A stretch of DNA of 64,000 bases from an uncultured Clostridia bacterium (GCA_944372465.1 CALVZG010000010.1:42411-106410), one strand, 5' to 3'. Shown: positions 30,735 to 40,105, counted from the first letter of the stretch. Numbers and translations: made by a program. Notes: a model not told the origin generated them from the letters alone.

Positions 30735-32324
30735 ATGAGCAGTTTTAGTATGTTATGTAATGCTGCTGTAACCGCCGGAGTTGTTAGTGGAATTATTGCT
30801 TTATTGATAGGTGCTATAGTTGGAGCTATCATTTATAAATTAGTCATTAATAAAAAATTAGACAAGAGTAAAACAAATGCAGTAAAAATCATTGAAGAGG
30901 CGTATGCAGAGGCAAAAAGCATAAAAAAAGAATCATTACTTGAAGCAAAAGAAGAAGCCCAAAAAATTAGGGATCAAGCTAATGATGAAGTTAAAGAAAG
31001 ACGAAATGAAATCGTCAAACAAGAAGAAAGACTTAATCAAAGAGAAGAATACATTACAAAAAAAGAAACTTCTCTTGACACAAAATCAGAACAATTAGAG
31101 AATGAAAAAAATCAACTTGAAATAAACAAACAACAATTAAATGAAAAAATCAAAGAGCAAGAGGAAGTTAAAGAACAAATGCTTCAAAAACTTGAAACTA
31201 TTTCAGGATTAACAAAAAAAGAAGCAAAAGAAATTTTACTCGAAAATGTAACAGAAGAAGCAAAAAAAGATGCTGGAATTATCATTAAACAAATTGAAGA
31301 TGAAGCTAGAGAAAATGCAGATAAAATAGCAAGAGATATTGTAGTTACTGCTATACAAAAATGTGCAACTGATTTAACCTCTGAATCAACTGTTACAACA
31401 GTTGCTCTTCCTAATGATGATATGAAAGGCAGAATTATTGGTCGTGAAGGGCGTAATATTCGTTCTATTGAAAGCGTAACAGGGGTTGAATTAATAGTTG
31501 ATGACACACCAGAATCAATTACAATATCTAGTTTTGACCCTATACGAAGAGAAATTGCTCGCTTAAGTTTAGAAAAACTTATAATTGATGGAAGAATACA
31601 TCCAGCAAGAATTGAAGAAGTTGTTCAAAAAGCTACTAAAGAAGTAGAAAAAACAATCAAAGAGGCTGGAGATGAAGCTTGTGCTGATGTAGGTATTTAT
31701 AACCTTAATCCTGAATTAGTAAAAATTCTGGGTAGATTAAAATTTAGAACTAGTTTTGGTCAAAATTGTTTAAAACATAGTATAGAAACATCAATAATTG
31801 CGGGGCTTTTGGCTACGGAATTAGGTGTTAATGTTAATGTAGCAAAACGCGGTGGACTTTTACATGATATAGGAAAAGCTTTAGACCATGAAATAGAGGG
31901 AACTCATGTTTCAATAGGTGTTGATCTTGCGAAAAAATATAAAGAATCTGAAGCTGTAATTCATTGTATTGAAGCTCACCATGGAGATGTACCTTTTCAC
32001 AGCGTTGAAGCTGTTATTGTTCAAGTTGCCGATGCTATCTCAAGTTCTCGCCCCGGAGCAAGAAGAGAAAGTTTTGAAAATTACATTAAAAGATTGGAAC
32101 AGCTTGAAAATATATGTAATGATTTTAAAGGTGTTGAAAAATCTTATGCAATACAAGCAGGTCGAGAAGTGAGAATTATGGTAAAGCCTGACCAAATTAG
32201 TGATAGCGAATCTATAGTATTAGCAAAAGATATTGCAAAAAGAATTGAAAATGAAATGCAATATCCAGGACAAATAAAAGTTGTTGTTATAAGAGAAAAT
32301 AGAGTTACAGAAACAGCAAAGTAA
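30735..32324 (+). CDS. rny: Ribonuclease Y
   Basis: N-terminal TM helix, coiled coil, KH domain ([12 protein letters not shown]) and HD domain (LLHDIGKA...HH). Confidence 0.95.
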   Translation: MSSFSMLCNAAVTAGVVSGIIALLIGAIVGAIIYKLVINKKLDKSKTNAVKIIEEAYAEAKSIKKESLLEAKEEAQKIRDQANDEVKERRNEIVKQEERLNQREEYITKKETSLDTKSEQLENEKNQLEINKQQLNEKIKEQEEVKEQMLQKLETISGLTKKEAKEILLENVTEEAKKDAGIIIKQIEDEARENADKIARDIVVTAIQKCATDLTSESTVTTVALPNDDMKGRIIGREGRNIRSIESVTGVELIVDDTPESITISSFDPIRREIARLSLEKLIIDGRIHPARIEEVVQKATKEVEKTIKEAGDEACADVGIYNLNPELVKILGRLKFRTSFGQNCLKHSIETSIIAGLLATELGVNVNVAKRGGLLHDIGKALDHEIEGTHVSIGVDLAKKYKESEAVIHCIEAHHGDVPFHSVEAVIVQVADAISSSRPGARRESFENYIKRLEQLENICNDFKGVEKSYAIQAGREVRIMVKPDQISDSESIVLAKDIAKRIENEMQYPGQIKVVVIRENRVTETAK

Positions 32325-32363
32325 CAAAAAATTAAAGAGTGAAATAATTTAAATTTAAATTAA

Positions 32364-32394
32364 AATAGAGTGATATAAACGCTCTATTTTTTAT
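32364..32394 (+). terminator. Rho-independent terminator after rny
   Basis: ATAGAG pairs with CTCTAT and is followed by TTTTTTATT. Confidence 0.55.
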
Positions 32395-32468
32395 TGTTTT
32401 ATATTTATAATATCTTATTATATTTGCTAAATTTTCATATTTTTTATTTAATAAAAATATCATATAAT

Positions 32469-33074
32469 ATGGATTTTATAATTAATTTTTTCAGCAATAA
32501 CTTTCAAAATTGTGTATGGTTAGCAGTTCTATTAGTGGCCATGTGTCCGACATTAGAGAGTAAAATTGCAATTCCTTTTGCTATGAATTTTTCAATCTGG
32601 GGTACAAATGCATTATCTCCAGTTGCAACATTTTTTATAAGTTATTTAGGCTCTTTATTACCATGTTATTTGATAATATTTTTAACAAAAAAAATAAAGA
32701 AAAAAACTTCTGGCTTTGTTATAGATAAATTTTTTAAAAAGTATATTTATAAAAGTCAAAATATAGAAAAACATAAAAACAAATTATCTCAATATTTGTT
32801 ATTAACAGCCTTTGTTTCAGTACCATTACCATTAACTGGTGTTTGGACAGGAAGTTTTATAGCAGGGATTTCAAATCTTAACACATTTTTTAGTTTTTTA
32901 TCTATATGTATAGGAAATTTAATTTCGACTTTATCAATAATGATATTATGCCTTTTATTTGAAAGCTCTATTCCATATATATTTATGATTTCTCTTATAA
33001 TTATCATTGTTTTCATGTTAATAGATTTAATTTTTACAATTACAAAAACAAGTTTAAATAAAAAAAGCCATTAA
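32469..33074 (+). CDS. Small multidrug-export-like membrane protein (COG2426-like)
   Basis: Start refined to MDFIINFF. MCPTLESKIAIPFAM resembles the P.lE.r.aIP motif of that family. 5-6 TM helices. Confidence 0.5.
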   Translation: MDFIINFFSNNFQNCVWLAVLLVAMCPTLESKIAIPFAMNFSIWGTNALSPVATFFISYLGSLLPCYLIIFLTKKIKKKTSGFVIDKFFKKYIYKSQNIEKHKNKLSQYLLLTAFVSVPLPLTGVWTGSFIAGISNLNTFFSFLSICIGNLISTLSIMILCLLFESSIPYIFMISLIIIIVFMLIDLIFTITKTSLNKKSH

Positions 33075-33087
33075 AGGCTTTTTTTAT
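33056..33087. terminator. Bidirectional terminator between convergent genes
   Basis: An A-run, AAAGCC / GGCTTT stem and a T-run overlap both stop codons. Confidence 0.5.
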
Positions 33088-35018
33088 TTCCAATATTTTA
33101 TTAATAAAAACCTCTTTAAATAATATCTAAAAGGTAATTCTATCAATATAAATATAATTGGTAATATTGTTGTTGTTGCAAATTCACCAAATCTTAAAGG
33201 AGATAATCCAAATATGAAATTTAATGCAACGACTAATGCTATGCAAATAAAAGTTATTACCCATAATTTCCATTGTTGTAACATAGGATTTGGCATCCAA
33301 CTTTGATATTTCTTATAATTATAAAATTTAATTCCTATATCTATTAATATTAATGATGGTAATAATATAAAAAGGAAATTTGTGGCTCTATTAATACAAT
33401 CACATTTTAATAATATTCCATAAAGAACAGCAGATAAAATACTAGAAAGTAAAAATGTAATCAGAGAAATTATTAAATATAATTTGTTTGTATTGTGTTC
33501 AATTTTTTCTGCAGGCTTTTTATAAACATTAAACGATATATTTTGGTCTTGATAAAATTCTGTTAAATCACCATAATCATATAAAGCATCTTCTCTTACT
33601 TCATTAGAAACTGAACTTCTTGTTTTAGAATATAATTTTGATAAAATTTCTTTATGTGAAGGGTCAATAGATGTATCTCTTTTAGGTGGGGGCATCTTAT
33701 AATTTTCTTTGTTACTTTCATTAACTATTTTAATTTTTGGCGGTTCAATTTTCTTTGCGTATCCTATTTGATTATCATCTATTCTATTAGTTATAAATTT
33801 ACCATCATCTTTCAAATTATTTTCAAGATTTTGTTGATAATCTTTTTTATAAAAATCTTTATTTAAAACATCTTGATAAGATTTTGTATTTTTGTTATAT
33901 ATATAAGAATTTTGTTTTGAATAATCATAATTGTTGTTTTCGCTATATTTGCCCTTATTTTGTAAAATAGAATTTTTGAATTCCTCTATATTTGATTCAG
34001 TTTTTGCTTTAGATTCACTTATTGGTGAAGAAGAATCAACTTGAATTGCAATTTGTTCCTCTGCAAAACTTTTTTTCCTTTTGTATTTATTAAAATCTTT
34101 AGAAATATCATATAATCTCTTATTATATTCCTCTACATCTTTACTATTTAAAAATACACCATCATCTTTAGTTGATTTTTCAGTTTTATCAAAATTATTT
34201 AATTCTTTTGTGTTATATATTTCATTTTCATTGGTAGTGTTATTATCTTCTAAACTTTCAATTTTAATATTTGAAAATTTGTTGTTTTTTTCATCTTCTC
34301 TATTAACCTTATCTACAAACGCTTCTGCATCACTACTATTTATATTTGTTGTTGTAAATAAAGATTTAATTGAATATGTATTTGTATCAACTTTATTGTC
34401 AGTAGTAGGGGAATCAGGATTAAAACTCTCTGCTTTATTTGTTTTATTTTCATAATCATTAATTTTATCTTTTTTATTTTCATTTTTTGAATCTAGTTCA
34501 GAAAAATCAAAATAATTTTCTAAATCTTCTTCATTATTAAATCTTTCTTCACTATTAAGGTCATTGTCGCTGGATAAATTTGTATTTATATTTGAATTAC
34601 TATCCTTGTAACTTTCATTGGAAAAACTAATATTTTTATCAAATATAGAAGCATTATTTGCACTTTCGTTAACAATATTTACATTATTCTTTGTATCATT
34701 ATTTTCAGAAAAATCTTTAAAAACATTGATGTTATTTCTATCAAAGTAATCTTTTAAATCTTGATAAAATTCTCGACCTTTTTCAGTAATAGAATAGTAT
34801 TTTCTATTTGGACCTAAATCGCTACTTTTTAAATATGATGAAACATAACCTTGACTTTCCATTCTATTTAAATTAGAATAAACGCTTGGTTTTTTTAATT
34901 CAATTTTTCCATTAGATTTGTTATAAATTTCACTAATAAAATCTAAACCGTAAAAATCACGCTCTAGCAAACAGTTTAATATCAAAAAGGATAGTTGACC
35001 TTTTGCATATAAATCCAT
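33084..35018 (-). CDS. Membrane-anchored PadR-like winged-helix protein with a long low-complexity linker
   Basis: The N-terminal ~90 aa fit the PadR pattern (FLILNCLLERDFYGLDFISEI...VYSNLNRMESQGYV...RKYYSITEKGREF). An N/D/S/K-rich region of ~400 aa follows, then 4 C-terminal TM helices. Confidence 0.6.
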   Translation of the reverse strand: MDLYAKGQLSFLILNCLLERDFYGLDFISEIYNKSNGKIELKKPSVYSNLNRMESQGYVSSYLKSSDLGPNRKYYSITEKGREFYQDLKDYFDRNNINVFKDFSENNDTKNNVNIVNESANNASIFDKNISFSNESYKDSNSNINTNLSSDNDLNSEERFNNEEDLENYFDFSELDSKNENKKDKINDYENKTNKAESFNPDSPTTDNKVDTNTYSIKSLFTTTNINSSDAEAFVDKVNREDEKNNKFSNIKIESLEDNNTTNENEIYNTKELNNFDKTEKSTKDDGVFLNSKDVEEYNKRLYDISKDFNKYKRKKSFAEEQIAIQVDSSSPISESKAKTESNIEEFKNSILQNKGKYSENNNYDYSKQNSYIYNKNTKSYQDVLNKDFYKKDYQQNLENNLKDDGKFITNRIDDNQIGYAKKIEPPKIKIVNESNKENYKMPPPKRDTSIDPSHKEILSKLYSKTRSSVSNEVREDALYDYGDLTEFYQDQNISFNVYKKPAEKIEHNTNKLYLIISLITFLLSSILSAVLYGILLKCDCINRATNFLFILLPSLILIDIGIKFYNYKKYQSWMPNPMLQQWKLWVITFICIALVVALNFIFGLSPLRFGEFATTTILPIIFILIELPFRYYLKRFLLIKYWK

Positions 35019-35181
35019 AAAAACCTCTTATATCTTTGATTATAATTCAATATTTAATAATAGTCAACAAAATTTTATTTATTTTTTATTTATTTGTTTT
35101 TCTATTATGTGTTGCATACTAGCATATTTATAAATATTTTTTCTTGTTAAAATCTTGACAATATATTATAATATAATAGAT

Positions 35182-35766
35182 ATGGTTAAAATCATAAAGG
35201 GTAAATATAAAAATATTAATTTACGCGTATTAGAAAATGGTGATATTATAGTTAAGGCACCTAAAAATTTATCAAACAATTCTATAAAAAATTTTATTGA
35301 ATCTAAAACAAAATGGATAAATAAACAGTTAGAAAAAATTAACGAAATTAAAAATTTAAAATCCCATTATAATTTTGAAATTTATGTTTATCTTTTTAAC
35401 CAACCATATAAATGTAATGAAACTAAATCATTATTCTATAAAAGGGCTTTTAAAGATAAAATTATCCCTTTATTAGAGGACTTGTCAAAAAGATATAATT
35501 TATTTTACAATACCATAAAAATTACAAATTCCAAACGAATTTGGGGGAGTTTAAACTCAAATAAAGATATGAAATTGAATTGGAAAATTTCAATACTGCC
35601 AAAAGATTTAGTTATATATATAATAACACATGAACTTTGTCATATAAAAGAATTTAACCACTCAAAAAAATTCTGGGATTTAGTTTACAAATATATTAAT
35701 GACTATAAAATTAAACAGAATTTATTAAAAAAATATGGTTTCTTATTAAAAGAAAACATATTGTAA
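35182..35766 (+). CDS. DUF45/YgjP-like (M48/SprT-like) zinc metallopeptidase-fold protein
   Basis: RIWGSLNS...L.WKISILPKDLVIYIITHELCHIKEFNHSKKFWDLV is the DUF45 HExxH signature. Start moved to MVKIIKGKYK; no clear SD. Confidence 0.75.
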   Translation: MVKIIKGKYKNINLRVLENGDIIVKAPKNLSNNSIKNFIESKTKWINKQLEKINEIKNLKSHYNFEIYVYLFNQPYKCNETKSLFYKRAFKDKIIPLLEDLSKRYNLFYNTIKITNSKRIWGSLNSNKDMKLNWKISILPKDLVIYIITHELCHIKEFNHSKKFWDLVYKYINDYKIKQNLLKKYGFLLKENIL

Positions 35767-36535
35767 AAAATCTTGGATATTAATTTTATTATAGAAAAGT
35801 ATATATAATAATCTAAAATATGAGTTGATGAGTTATTTCCATTATAAAATAATAATGAAAGAAGATAATTTTCTACAAGTTATATTAGAAAAACAATTGT
35901 ATTTTTTATTTTAATTAATAAAACTTTTATTTAATTTGAGTGGATAAAATATAGAGAACAAAATCTAGTGGACTTAAAACAACTTGGCAAATAAAAGGGG
36001 AATAGCAATTTAAATGACAGTTTATAGTATAAAATGTTTGAAAAATAATTTTTTAAAATTGTTATAAGTATGCGTAAAACACAAGTTTTATGCATAAAAA
36101 CACGCATAATAGCTAAATTTTATAATCTAGTTTGTTATTTTATAATAATTATTTTTATACTATAAAAATTATTTTTAAACTTTTATCTTTCGATATTATC
36201 TTTTAAATTTTAATTGAAGCGCATTTATATTTCTTAATTATAAAATGCTTAAAAATTTAATATTTTAAAAATTTTGTTAAATTTGTTAAAATATTAACAA
36301 ACTTTATATCATATCAAATATGTGTTTACCATTATATAAAATACATAAATATATGTTATTAATTAATCATTAATGTTATTATTGTTTAATCATTTATGTT
36401 TTTATATCTTGTTACAATTTATTTGTAGTTAAATTTATTTGTATTTCTATTTCTATTTATAGTTTATTGTTTTTTTATTTTTGTATAATTATAAATTTTA
36501 TTATAAACTGACTTTTTATTTTCATTTGTTTAATA

Positions 36536-37510
36536 CTAATTATTTAAAACTCTATTCATCATTCTATTAAAATTTAATATACAATTTCCACAAACTTCAT
36601 CTTGAAAAATTGTTAAACTAGGATTATTGATTGATTTAACTTCTTTAATAGATTTTATTGCAATATAATTAATTATCTTTAGAAAAACTTTATAAATATC
36701 ATCTCCTAAAAATAAATCTTCTGGACATGCACATAGAATACTTTCTAAAAATATTTGATTACATATAAAACCATTAGTATTATAAAATAATGAATTAAAT
36801 ATTTTTAAAACTTTAACAAAATTTTCTCCTACTGCATTGATTTTTTCGTCTAAATATCTAATTCTAATATTGAAATTAATATTTATAAATACTCGTTTCT
36901 TTGAATCATGATATTTAAATGTTACGCCATCATAATTTACTACATATATATTTATTTTAGTATTTGAACCAAAGTCATCTTTCCCAACTATTTGTAATAA
37001 ATTTTTATTTAAGTATATTAAACTTGTTTCTGATAGATAATTTGCGATTTCCTTTTGTAAATCTTCAGCTAAATTATAAATTGTATATTTACTCGGGTCA
37101 ATTTTTGCTTTTTCTATATCCTTATCGTCAACTTTTTCATTTTTTTTCTTTTTTAAATGATGTTTTCTCTTCCTAAAAAGTCTTTTTCTATTATCCCATG
37201 CATATTTTAAACGCTCTTTAAAACTCTTCCAAAATCCTTGTTTTTTATTTGTATTTAATTCTAATTGTACATTTTGTACACCTAGAAAATATATAAATGA
37301 TGAACCATCAATAAAAGCCCCACTAATAAGTTCATTAGCTGGCTGTAAAACGACTTTATCTAATGTTAAAAAAGATATTTTTTTTGATAATTCTTTTATT
37401 GCAGCGCCCATAATTTGATTTACTATTTTATTTGTGTTACGAACAAATTTTTTATTTTGTTGCTCTGCTATACTAACTATCATATCTTTTGACACATTTA
37501 AATTAGGCAT
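36536..37510 (-). CDS. Hypothetical protein (orphan; weak nucleotidyltransferase-fold-like features)
   Basis: 324 aa. AAGGGA SD. Lies 40 nt downstream of the serS stop, so it is probably co-transcribed. It has a basic insert (KRLFRKRKHHLKKKKNEK) and a C-terminal FLESILCACPEDLF helix reminiscent of OAS/CD-NTase-type helical domains, but no recognisable GS...DxD catalytic signature. Confidence 0.5.
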   Translation of the reverse strand: MPNLNVSKDMIVSIAEQQNKKFVRNTNKIVNQIMGAAIKELSKKISFLTLDKVVLQPANELISGAFIDGSSFIYFLGVQNVQLELNTNKKQGFWKSFKERLKYAWDNRKRLFRKRKHHLKKKKNEKVDDKDIEKAKIDPSKYTIYNLAEDLQKEIANYLSETSLIYLNKNLLQIVGKDDFGSNTKINIYVVNYDGVTFKYHDSKKRVFININFNIRIRYLDEKINAVGENFVKVLKIFNSLFYNTNGFICNQIFLESILCACPEDLFLGDDIYKVFLKIINYIAIKSIKEVKSINNPSLTIFQDEVCGNCILNFNRMMNRVLNN

Positions 37511-37550
37511 TTAATTCCCTTTTAATTTACTGTTGTTTTATTGTTGTTTA

Positions 37551-38843
37551 TTATTTCTTTTTAGGATAAATTTTATCCATACCATCCATGTATGGTCTTA
37601 ATACTTCTGGAATATTAACACAACCATCACTGTTTAAATTATTTTCTAAAAATGCAATAAGCATACGAGGTGGAGCTACAACTGTATTATTTAATGTATG
37701 AGCATATTTTATACCATCTTTTGTTTTAAACTTAATTCCTAGTCGTCTTGCTTGAGCATCTGAAAGATTAGAACATGATCCCAATTCACCAAAATAACAT
37801 TTTTGTCTAGGACTCCAAGCATTTAAATCGCATGATTTAACTTTCAAATCTGCTAAATCTCCACTACAACATTCCATTATTTCATGAGGAATATTTAATG
37901 TTTTAAAAAATTCTGATGAAATATTCCACATTTTATTATACCAAGACATAGAGTCCTCTGGCTTACAAATTACTATCATTTCTTGTTTTTCAAATTGATG
38001 AACACGATATATTCCTCTTTCTTCTATTCCATGAGCACCTACCTCTTTTCTAAAACATGGTGAATATGATGTTAATAAAAGAGGTAAATCTTCTTCTTTT
38101 AAGATTGTATCTTTGAAGCGTCCAATCATGGAATGTTCACTAGTTCCTATAAGATAAAGGTCTTCCCCTTCAATTTTATACATCATATTATCCATTTCTT
38201 CAAAACTCATAACGCCATTTACGACATCACTTCTTATCATGAATGGTGGAATACAATAGGTGAATCCTTTTCTTATCATAAAATCTCTGGCATAAGATAA
38301 AATTGAAGAATGAAGTCTAGCAACATCACCAGTAAGATAATAAAACCCATTACCGCTTGTTCTTCTAGCACTATCTAAATCAAGTCCATTTAAACTTTCT
38401 AAAATATCGGCATGATAAGGAATTTCAAAATCAGGTATTTTTGCTTCGCCTATTGTTAATCTTTGGACATTTTCACTGTCATCTTTACCTATTGGGACAT
38501 CATCGGCAATTATATTAGGGATAGACATCATATATTTTTTTAATTGTATAGAAAGTTCTTCTTCTTGTTTTTCAATTTCTTCTATCCTTTTATTATTTGT
38601 AACTACTTGTTGTTTAATTTCATTTGCTTTGTCAATATTTTTTTCGCGCATTAAAACACCTATTTGACTGCTTAAAGTATTTCTACTAGCACGCAAATTA
38701 TCGCCTTCTTTTTTTAAATTTCTTATCTTTTCATCTAAAACAAGAACTTCATCTACATATTTTAATTTATGGTCTTGAAATTTTTTCTTTATATTTTCTT
38801 TAACCATGTCAGGATTAGTTCTTATTAAATTTATATCTATCAT
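37551..38843 (-). CDS. serS: Seryl-tRNA synthetase
   Basis: MIDINLIRTNP..., class II motifs (FRKEVGAHG, GSCSN..DAQARRL). Start refined after GAGGAG; the track's 19-aa extension was rejected. Confidence 0.95.
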   Translation of the reverse strand: MIDINLIRTNPDMVKENIKKKFQDHKLKYVDEVLVLDEKIRNLKKEGDNLRASRNTLSSQIGVLMREKNIDKANEIKQQVVTNNKRIEEIEKQEEELSIQLKKYMMSIPNIIADDVPIGKDDSENVQRLTIGEAKIPDFEIPYHADILESLNGLDLDSARRTSGNGFYYLTGDVARLHSSILSYARDFMIRKGFTYCIPPFMIRSDVVNGVMSFEEMDNMMYKIEGEDLYLIGTSEHSMIGRFKDTILKEEDLPLLLTSYSPCFRKEVGAHGIEERGIYRVHQFEKQEMIVICKPEDSMSWYNKMWNISSEFFKTLNIPHEIMECCSGDLADLKVKSCDLNAWSPRQKCYFGELGSCSNLSDAQARRLGIKFKTKDGIKYAHTLNNTVVAPPRMLIAFLENNLNSDGCVNIPEVLRPYMDGMDKIYPKKK

Positions 38844-38871
38844 AATTTTCTCCTCATTATTACTTTTAAAT

Positions 38872-38900
38872 ATTATACTTTTGTTGACAAAATTAGTCAA
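38872..38900 (-). promoter_or_regulatory. Sigma-A promoter of serS (short leader, no T-box)
   Basis: On the minus strand: TTGACT (38900-38895), 17-bp spacer, TATAAT (38877-38872). The leader is only about 20 nt. Confidence 0.55.
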
Positions 38901-39000
38901 TCAAATAAACCTTTTTTATAAATATTTAGCATATAGATTAAGTTTATTTTTTATTTTATAGAAAGACATACCATTATCAAATTTTAAAAATAAAAAATAT

Positions 39001-39029
39001 TTGTACTTTTTAAATAGATATGTTATAAT
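39001..39029 (+). promoter_or_regulatory. Sigma-A promoter placed for a leaderless recombinase mRNA
   Basis: TTGTAC (39001-39006), 17-bp spacer, TGtTATAAT (39021-39029). The ATG at 39036 lies 7 nt after the -10 element, and there is no SD. Confidence 0.5.
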
Positions 39030-39035
39030 TTAAAA

Positions 39036-40070
39036 ATGAAACAAATTAGTTACTATGAAAAAAGAGATTTGCAAAATAGAATCAAGATGTCTAAATATAT
39101 TGAAAGACTTCCTGACTTTTGCGTTGATTTTTTTATAGGAATTGAAAATAATACCTCTTCCCTTACAAGATATAATTATTCTATGGACTTATTTATCTTT
39201 TTTAATTATTTATCATTATATGTATTTAATAAAAAAGAAAATGAGATAACAATCAGTGATATAAACTCACTAAAATCAAGAAATTTAGAGCAATATTTAT
39301 CATATCTATCTTATTATGAAATTGACGGAAAATCATATAAAAATGATGAAAAAGGTAAAGCAAGAAAACTTGCTTCTCTTAGAAGTTTTTTTAAATATCT
39401 TTTTAATCATGATATGATTGATTCTAATGTTGCAAGCAAAATCGCAACACCAAAATTACATAATAAAGAAATTATAAGGCTTGAGAATAATGAAGTTAGA
39501 AAACTTATGGCTACTATAGAAAATCCATATGAATTTACTAAACATCAACAGGCTTATAACAAAAATACTTTTGAAAGAGATAATGCTATTGTTACTCTGT
39601 TTTTGGGAACTGGTATTCGTATTTCTGAATTAGTAGGATTAAATGTAGAAAATTTTGATTTTGAACAAAATGCTTTTTTAGTAACTCGCAAAGGTGGAAA
39701 TCAAACAACTTTATATTTTTCTAACGAAGTTGCTCAAGCTTTAAAAACTTGGCTTGAAAAAAGAGCAACTTTAGACTTACCTAAAGAAGAAAATGCAATG
39801 TTTATTTCACTTCAAAATAAAAGAATTTCTGTTCGTGCTGTAGAAAATCTTGTAAAAAAATTTGCTCAAATCGCATCTCCTTTAAAAAAAATTTCTCCAC
39901 ACAAGTTGCGTAGTACATTTGGTACAAATTTATATAAAGAAACAAAAGATATCTATATTGTTGCAGATGTTTTAGGTCATAAAGATGTTAACACTACTAA
40001 AAAACACTATGCAGCAATAAGTGAGGATATGCGTAAAAGCGTTGCAAATAAAGTTAAAATAAATGATTAA
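39036..40070 (+). CDS. Tyrosine recombinase, Xer family (XerS-like long form)
   Basis: Catalytic residues are present: R (GTGIRISEL), HKLRSTF, GHKDVNTTKKHY. The extended N-terminal core-binding domain (LPDFCVDFF...LTRYNYSMDLFIFFNYL) resembles streptococcal XerS more than XerC/D. Confidence 0.8.
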   Translation: MKQISYYEKRDLQNRIKMSKYIERLPDFCVDFFIGIENNTSSLTRYNYSMDLFIFFNYLSLYVFNKKENEITISDINSLKSRNLEQYLSYLSYYEIDGKSYKNDEKGKARKLASLRSFFKYLFNHDMIDSNVASKIATPKLHNKEIIRLENNEVRKLMATIENPYEFTKHQQAYNKNTFERDNAIVTLFLGTGIRISELVGLNVENFDFEQNAFLVTRKGGNQTTLYFSNEVAQALKTWLEKRATLDLPKEENAMFISLQNKRISVRAVENLVKKFAQIASPLKKISPHKLRSTFGTNLYKETKDIYIVADVLGHKDVNTTKKHYAAISEDMRKSVANKVKIND

Positions 40071-40105
40071 TTTATGAATATTTATATTAAATATGCACAT
40101 TATAT

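Noticed and set aside
31969-32172. 67-aa plus-strand ORF in another frame of rny
   Set aside because: It lies inside the conserved HD domain of RNase Y, has no SD, and is a chance open frame.
34081-34455. 124-aa plus-strand ORF inside the PadR-like gene
   Set aside because: It is the antisense shadow of the N/D/K-rich low-complexity linker and has no translation signals.
35155-35181. TTG start and 9 extra codons for the DUF45 gene, and the TTGACA at 35155 as a promoter -35
   Set aside because: DUF45 proteins begin near the MVKIIKG-type strand. The TATAAT-like hexamers after TTGACA sit at 6- and 11-bp spacers, not 16-18, so no credible promoter is formed.
35939-35947. DnaA-box-like AGTGGATAA, raising the possibility of oriC
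   Set aside because: It is a single box with one mismatch, and no dnaA or dnaN is nearby. Flanking gene orientation converges rather than diverges, which is the opposite of an origin.
36360-36445. Short tandem AT-rich repeats as a possible CRISPR or iteron array
   Set aside because: The units are 11-27 bp, imperfect and irregularly spaced. There are no unique spacers and no cas genes. They are kept only as a descriptive note in the gap finding.
38901-39035. dif/difSL-like site upstream of the XerS-like gene
   Set aside because: I could not find arms resembling Firmicute dif (…TTATGTAAACT) or a convincing imperfect palindrome by eye. This needs a model-based search, so it is left open rather than called.
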